Shown here in pieces: positions 59,519 to 64,000 of a DNA stretch of 64,000 nt. Numbering within the stretch: the first letter of the stretch is position 1; each line of letters opens with the position of its first letter. A model generated the notes under the pieces. It did not search any database and was not told where the DNA came from. It worked only from the letters and a program-made list of their open reading frames with translations. Origin of the DNA: Alphaproteobacteria bacterium (GTDB lineage: Bacteria > Pseudomonadota > Alphaproteobacteria > Bin95); the NCBI GenBank assembly GCA_963665325.3, contig CAXXWS020000003.1, forward strand, positions 832,001 through 896,000, written 5' to 3'. Position numbers and translations under genes: made by a program.

Positions 59519-59707
59519 GCGGATGTGGCGAGAAATAGTGAGACGCTACATGCTACGGCGCGGTGTTCACGCGAGGTAGTATGAATCTATGAATCGGGGA
59601 TTGGTTCCCGAGAGTGCTGTCGGGGTGCCGCCTAACCGACATCCCGTTCAGCACCGCGCAGTTTGGCAGCACGGGACTACAGACAAATGGGTAATCCTAG
59701 ATTTTCA

Positions 59708-60034
59708 CTAACCGCGTTTGCGCGCGTCGTCGGCATCCCAGCGGCTGCGCCCCAGAAGCGCCTGCATACGCCACGGGCGCGACAGACCCGCCTGCTCCGC
59801 CATCATCCAGCCCGTCTTTCGCTCGATCCCCGACAGAAGACCGTCCAGAAACGCGCTCCCCGTCTCTCGAAGCTCACGGCGCCCAAACAAGGGACCCAGA
59901 CGCGACTTCCACAAACCCAACTCCCGCTCCCACTCCAGAAGCGAGCCCGACCAATCCGCTACACTCATCGTGCCTTCTCTCCGCTTTCACTTCGCGGAGT
60001 GAGTCACAAATTGCAACAAACCACAACTGTAGTA
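59708..60034 (-). pseudogene. Truncated IS701-family element (transposase N-terminus 59708-59968 and left end)
   Basis: LFGRRELRE..FLDGLLSGIERKTGWMMAEQAG..MQALLGRSRWDAD; end abuts CTAG at 60035-60038. Confidence 0.75.
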
Positions 60035-60049
60035 CTAGGGAGATCCCCT

Positions 60050-61822
60050 ATGCACGTTTGCCGACCGGCCGCGCTTTCCGCGTGCCTACTGCTGCTTCTC
60101 ACCGCCTGCGGAGGCGGAGGTGGTGCTGGGGGTTCGGCAGTTGGACCGGGGCCGGTTGAACCGTTGGCAGGTGTTTCTTTGCGCTTGCCCTCGGGCCACG
60201 GCCTGATGGCAGGCTCGGTCTCGGTCGCGCCGGGCGGCTCGGCCGAGCACGGCAACGTGGTCGTTTCGTGCCCGGCGAGCGGACAGGCGTGCGTGGTGAC
60301 CGTCGCGGCGGACGGCACGGCGAGTTACGACCGGACGGGCGGCATGCCCGGCGTCATGGCGGCGTATGGAGCATGGGCGCTGCCACCCGGCCACGGGCTT
60401 TCGGCGGGTGCGCTCCGGGTCGCGCCGGGCGGCTCGGCCGAGCACGGCAACGTGGTCGTTTCGTGCCCGGCGAGCGGACAGGCGTGCGTGGTGACCGTCG
60501 CGGCGGACGGCACGGCAAGCTACGACCGCACCGGCGGTGTCATGGTGGCGGAACCAGTGCTGCGTGAGCCGTTCGACACGGTCTCCGTGAGACTTGCCAA
60601 AGAGACGGGCAACCCGACATCGGCGGAGCTCTTGTCCTATTTGAGTACGCAGCTCGGTGGCGGTCCGTGGTACGCCGGTTCGCAATACATGTGGTCGGAT
60701 ATTCCCGGTTTGGGTCGGTATTCTTCGCCCCCAATGGTGCGTATTGTACAAGGAGCCTCTGCCCACGAACGCGCGATGGCCCACCACGCCGTCGCACTTA
60801 TCAACCGGGAACTTCCCAACCAGTGGCACATTCAAATTGGGAGTGACGCGCCGACGCTGGGAGCAGTCTCGGCTGTCCCTGACGGAGAATTATACGTCGG
60901 TTTCTTGGCCGTCGCCGAATATGAACTCAGTGGCGGAGGAAGACCGGAGTCTGAAGGATTAGCCTTTCCTGACCGTGTGTCCGAATGGGATGAACGACAG
61001 CAGCGCCATGAAGTTAAGGGGATGCGGGCTGCTCAGGTTTGGATGCGACCGGAAACTTGGTTTCGGTCCAATCAACGTTCAGAAGGCAACATGATGTGGG
61101 TACTGGTGCATGAATTGATTCATGCACTGGGATTAGACGGCCATGTTCCTGAAGGCGAGCACCCGGGCTCAATTATGAACGACTGCTGCCAACAATCGAG
61201 TATTGAGCGCATACCTGAGATTGACGGCACCGCCTTGCGCGCTATCTACACCCGCTACGAGAACGGCACGGGGTCGGAAGACCTGTCGCCGGAAAGTCTC
61301 GGGCCGTGGGAGACCAGCTCTCTTAATCTGTCAGGCGAGCTTGACACCCCCGGCGGCACGGTCTCATTTGGCGTGAAGCACCGTAACGGTATCAGCGTTC
61401 CTTGGACGAGTGGGCAGGAGCCGAGCTCCGCGTTGGCAGACAACCGTTCAATTACGGGAACGGCGACTTGGAGCGGCGGACTTCTGGGTTTCACGCCCCA
61501 CCAACTATCAGTGGGCGGTAATGCGGAGATCAATGTGAACATGGGCACGATGAACGGAAGTGCCGACTTTACTGACCTCCAGCGATGGCCTGCCGGGCAG
61601 GCGCCGGGCGCGCTGGGAACTGGTTCTCAGTGGGGTGAAGGAAGCCTTGGCTACACAATCTCCGTCAGCGGCAATTTCCTTCGGAGCACTGGCGGCGACG
61701 CCGGAGTGGTTGCTGGAAACTTCTACGGGAGCGGTCATGAAGGCGTTGCAGGCTCGCTGGAGCGCAGCGACCTAACGGCGGTTTTCGGCGCGAAGCATCA
61801 GTCGACATCCGACGCTCTGTAA
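60050..61822 (+). CDS. Lipoprotein: duplicated Cys-pair module + HExxH zinc peptidase + TbpB-like barrel
   Basis: Lipobox LTAC; repeat LPxGHGL..SCPASGQACVVTV twice; VHELIHALGLDGH..SIM metzincin-like motif; GTATWSG..GNFYG..EGVAG..AVFGAK. Confidence 0.78.
   Translation: MHVCRPAALSACLLLLLTACGGGGGAGGSAVGPGPVEPLAGVSLRLPSGHGLMAGSVSVAPGGSAEHGNVVVSCPASGQACVVTVAADGTASYDRTGGMPGVMAAYGAWALPPGHGLSAGALRVAPGGSAEHGNVVVSCPASGQACVVTVAADGTASYDRTGGVMVAEPVLREPFDTVSVRLAKETGNPTSAELLSYLSTQLGGGPWYAGSQYMWSDIPGLGRYSSPPMVRIVQGASAHERAMAHHAVALINRELPNQWHIQIGSDAPTLGAVSAVPDGELYVGFLAVAEYELSGGGRPESEGLAFPDRVSEWDERQQRHEVKGMRAAQVWMRPETWFRSNQRSEGNMMWVLVHELIHALGLDGHVPEGEHPGSIMNDCCQQSSIERIPEIDGTALRAIYTRYENGTGSEDLSPESLGPWETSSLNLSGELDTPGGTVSFGVKHRNGISVPWTSGQEPSSALADNRSITGTATWSGGLLGFTPHQLSVGGNAEINVNMGTMNGSADFTDLQRWPAGQAPGALGTGSQWGEGSLGYTISVSGNFLRSTGGDAGVVAGNFYGSGHEGVAGSLERSDLTAVFGAKHQSTSDAL
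60223..60516 (+). repeat. Identical 99-bp intragenic duplication
   Basis: 60223-60321 = 60418-60516, offset 195 bp (65 codons). Confidence 0.9.
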
Positions 61823-62070
61823 CTCTGATGGTATTCGTCAATCCATCCTCGTCGGGGTTCGGCGGATCTTCGTCGTGGACGACGCCTGCAACGGCTTACA
61901 TGACCGGGCAGAATCAATCGAATTCCAAGGCGAACTGGTATACACGACCTACCACGCGTGTTGTGGCCCCCAAGGAAGGCGGATGGCTACCGTAAGCTGC
62001 TGCGAGGGTGTGGCACAAACGCGTTATACTGCGCCCTTGTGTGCAGAACTCAGACATTGACAACAAGTAA

Positions 62071-62105
62071 GTGTCGGTTTCGGCTGTAGCGAGCCCCCGC
62101 AACCA
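62071..62105 (+). other. Right att site of the LSR element, including displaced tRNA 3' end CCCCCGCAACCA
   Basis: tRNA-fMet-type 3' terminus at 62094-62105, preceded by an arm that is the inverted repeat of 51428-51447. Confidence 0.82.
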
Positions 62106-62146
62106 AAAGAAGCCCCTGAAAACATTGATGTTTTCAGGGGTTTTTC
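62106..62146 (+). terminator. Rho-independent terminator after tRNA 3' end
   Basis: Stem CCCCTGAAAACA-TTGA-TGTTTTCAGGGG (62113-62140) followed by a T-run; A-rich upstream. Confidence 0.8.
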
Positions 62147-62199
62147 ATTTTCGGACAAGCACATTTGGCAGTTTGGCAAACTATTGGCAAACAACACTA

Positions 62200-62297
62200 G
62201 GTCGTGTACCCATAAGGTGTTTCATGATTTGCGAAGATGTGATTCAAGCTCCCAACCTCAGGGAGCTTGGAGATGGGCCGCTACGATCTGACGGACT
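62200..62297 (+). pseudogene. Left end of an IS5-family element interrupted by IS66
   Basis: End next to CTAG; GGAG RBS and ATG 62273 giving MGRYDLTD, typical of IS5 transposase starts, cut at 62298. Confidence 0.55.
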
Positions 62298-64000
62298 GTA
62301 AGCGGTTCGAACGCGGCACGTGGATTTCAGCTTGACGAGCTGACGAAGTTCCACGGGAGCAAGTCGTCGATCCGGTCGTTGGGATGGCCGGCCGCGATGG
62401 CTTCGAGGGTGGCCTTGAGCCAGGCGTAGGGCTCGACCCCGTTCAACTTGGCGGTCTGGGTGAGTGAAGCGATCCGGCCCCAGGCGACCGCGCCTTCGTC
62501 GTGACCCGCGAAGAGTGCGTTTTTCCTTGTAAGGGCAATCGGCCGGGCGAGATTCTCGACGGCATTGCTGTCCATCTCGACACGGCCGTCGGCAAGGAAG
62601 AGCCGGAGACCGTCCCAGTGGCGGGCGATATAGGCGAGCTTCTCGCCGAGCCGGGACTTGGGCGAGACGCGGGCGCGCTGCTGCTTCAGCCAGTCGCCGA
62701 AGGCCTCGACCAGCGGCGCGGCGCGCGTTTGTCGTTCGCTCAGACGCCGTTCGGGCGGGCTACCGCGGATGTCCGCCTCGATGGCGTAGAGTTCGGCGAT
62801 GCGGCGCAGGCCCTCGGCCGCGATCTCGGAGCCGCTGCTGTCGTAGATTTCGCGGAGCCGGCGCCTGGCATGGCTCCAGCAATATGCCAGCCGCAGCGGC
62901 GCGCCGCCCTTGCGGCCCCGGCCGGTCAGCCGGTTGTATCCGGCATAGCCGTCGACCTGCAGGATGCCGTCGAAGCCGTCGAGGAACTTTTCAGCATATT
63001 CGCCGCCGCGCCCGGGGGCATAGAAGTACACCACGCCCGGCGGATCGGGTCCGCCCCAGGCGCGGTCATCGCGGGCCAGCGCCCATAGCCAGCCGGTCTT
63101 CGTCCTGCCGCGGCCCGGATCGAGCACCGGCGCGCGGGTCTCGTCCATGAAGAGTTTGGAAGAGCGTTTCAGGTGCCAGGCCAACCGGTCGGCCACTGGC
63201 TTCAGATGGAACGAGGCCCTGCCGACCCAGCCGGCCAGCGTCGAGCGGTCCAGATCGAGCCCCGAGCGGGCGTAGATCTGCACCTGCCGATGCAGCGGGC
63301 AATGATCCAGGTATTTCGAGACGAGCACATGGGTGATCGTGCCTTCGGTCGGCAGCGCGCCCTCGATCGGCCAAGCTGGCGCCGGCGCCTGGGTGACGCC
63401 TTGCTCGCAAGCCCGGCAGGCGTATTTCGGCCGCACCGTGACGATCACCCGAAGCTGCGCCGGCACGATGTCCAGGCGCTCGCTCCGATCCTCGCCGATC
63501 TGCACCATCTCCCCGCAGCCGCAGGGACAGAGCGTGCTCTCCGGCTCGATCACCTGCTCGACCCGCTCCAGATGCTCCGGCAGATGGCCGATATTGCGCT
63601 CGGCACGAGGCCGCTTCGACGAGCGCGGCGACGACGGATCGCCAGCCGCAGCCTCCGCTTCCACCTCCGCAGACGCCCCCTCAAGGTCCTCGAAAGCCAG
63701 TTGGCGCTCGTCCGCCGTCAACCTCTCCGACCTCTTGCCATACAGAAGGCGGATCAGTTCCAGGTTCAGGTGTTCGAGACGGCGGATACGCTCCGCCTGC
63801 GTCCCGTTGCGGTCTGTCAGAACCTCGTTCTCGCCTGCAAGGCAGGCCTTCTCTTCCGCCAGCGTCTCGTTCTCGGCGCGAAGCGTCTCCAGCGCCGCGA
63901 TCGCCTGCACCGCGGCGTTACGCTGTTCGGGCGTCAGCGTTCCGAGGTCGATCTCCGCAAGGGCCGGCATGGCCAGTCTGGTAGCACAGTGTCGGGATAC
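62298..64000 (-). mobile_element. Second IS66-family element (runs off window)
   Basis: Terminal GTAAGC at 62298; tnpC on minus strand. Confidence 0.85.
62327..63970 (-). CDS. tnpC: IS66 transposase TnpC
   Basis: YGKRSER, HLPEHLER, LFMDET, CWSHARR, DSNAVENLARP, DLLPWN. Confidence 0.92.
   Translation of the reverse strand: MPALAEIDLGTLTPEQRNAAVQAIAALETLRAENETLAEEKACLAGENEVLTDRNGTQAERIRRLEHLNLELIRLLYGKRSERLTADERQLAFEDLEGASAEVEAEAAAGDPSSPRSSKRPRAERNIGHLPEHLERVEQVIEPESTLCPCGCGEMVQIGEDRSERLDIVPAQLRVIVTVRPKYACRACEQGVTQAPAPAWPIEGALPTEGTITHVLVSKYLDHCPLHRQVQIYARSGLDLDRSTLAGWVGRASFHLKPVADRLAWHLKRSSKLFMDETRAPVLDPGRGRTKTGWLWALARDDRAWGGPDPPGVVYFYAPGRGGEYAEKFLDGFDGILQVDGYAGYNRLTGRGRKGGAPLRLAYCWSHARRRLREIYDSSGSEIAAEGLRRIAELYAIEADIRGSPPERRLSERQTRAAPLVEAFGDWLKQQRARVSPKSRLGEKLAYIARHWDGLRLFLADGRVEMDSNAVENLARPIALTRKNALFAGHDEGAVAWGRIASLTQTAKLNGVEPYAWLKATLEAIAAGHPNDRIDDLLPWNFVSSSS

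Larger units (their letters stand above)
51423..62100. mobile_element. LSR-based integrative mobilizable element (~10.7 kb) in the tRNA-fMet acceptor-stem 3' strand
   Basis: Shared core CCCCCGC at 51423-51429 and 62094-62100; joined ends give a palindromic attP; contains LSR, TA, relaxase, no T4SS. Confidence 0.85.

Noticed and set aside
59629-59668. Integron attC-like GCCTAAC...GTTTGGC
   Set aside because: Too short, no L boxes or stem, and no integron integrase
60223-60516. DGR template/variable repeat pair
   Set aside because: Core copies are identical, no adenine-specific differences, and no reverse transcriptase in the window

Overview
GC-rich, apparently alphaproteobacterial window made almost entirely of mobile DNA stacked at a tRNA-fMet 3' end. 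(1) Bases 1 to ~51434 are the right part of a probable ICE. It carries an F-type conjugation region (relaxase partial, traD, traG-H-F-N-trbC-U-ssb-W-S26 peptidase-trbI-C-V-B-K-E-L-A) under a CI/S24-Cro-like switch. It also carries IS1634, a type 3 BREX locus that lacks brxHII and has a Schlafen/AlbA_2 gene inserted, metabolic and signalling cargo, IS66, an IS1111-type IS110, and a tyrosine integrase next to a displaced tRNA-fMet 3' half (51390-51434). (2) Bases ~51423-62100 form a self-contained ~10.7 kb integrative mobilizable element: large serine recombinase (LSR), candidate RDF, FitAB/VapBC, MOBF relaxase, candidate oriT and two TbpB-barrel-like lipoproteins. Both of its att ends are visible. 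The reconstructed attP lies inside the recombinase 3' end, so integration or excision swaps the enzyme's C-terminus. (3) After 62105 come a terminator, repeat motifs, and an IS5 stub interrupted by a second IS66. All calls rest on motif recognition and manual sequence comparison; no database searches were run.
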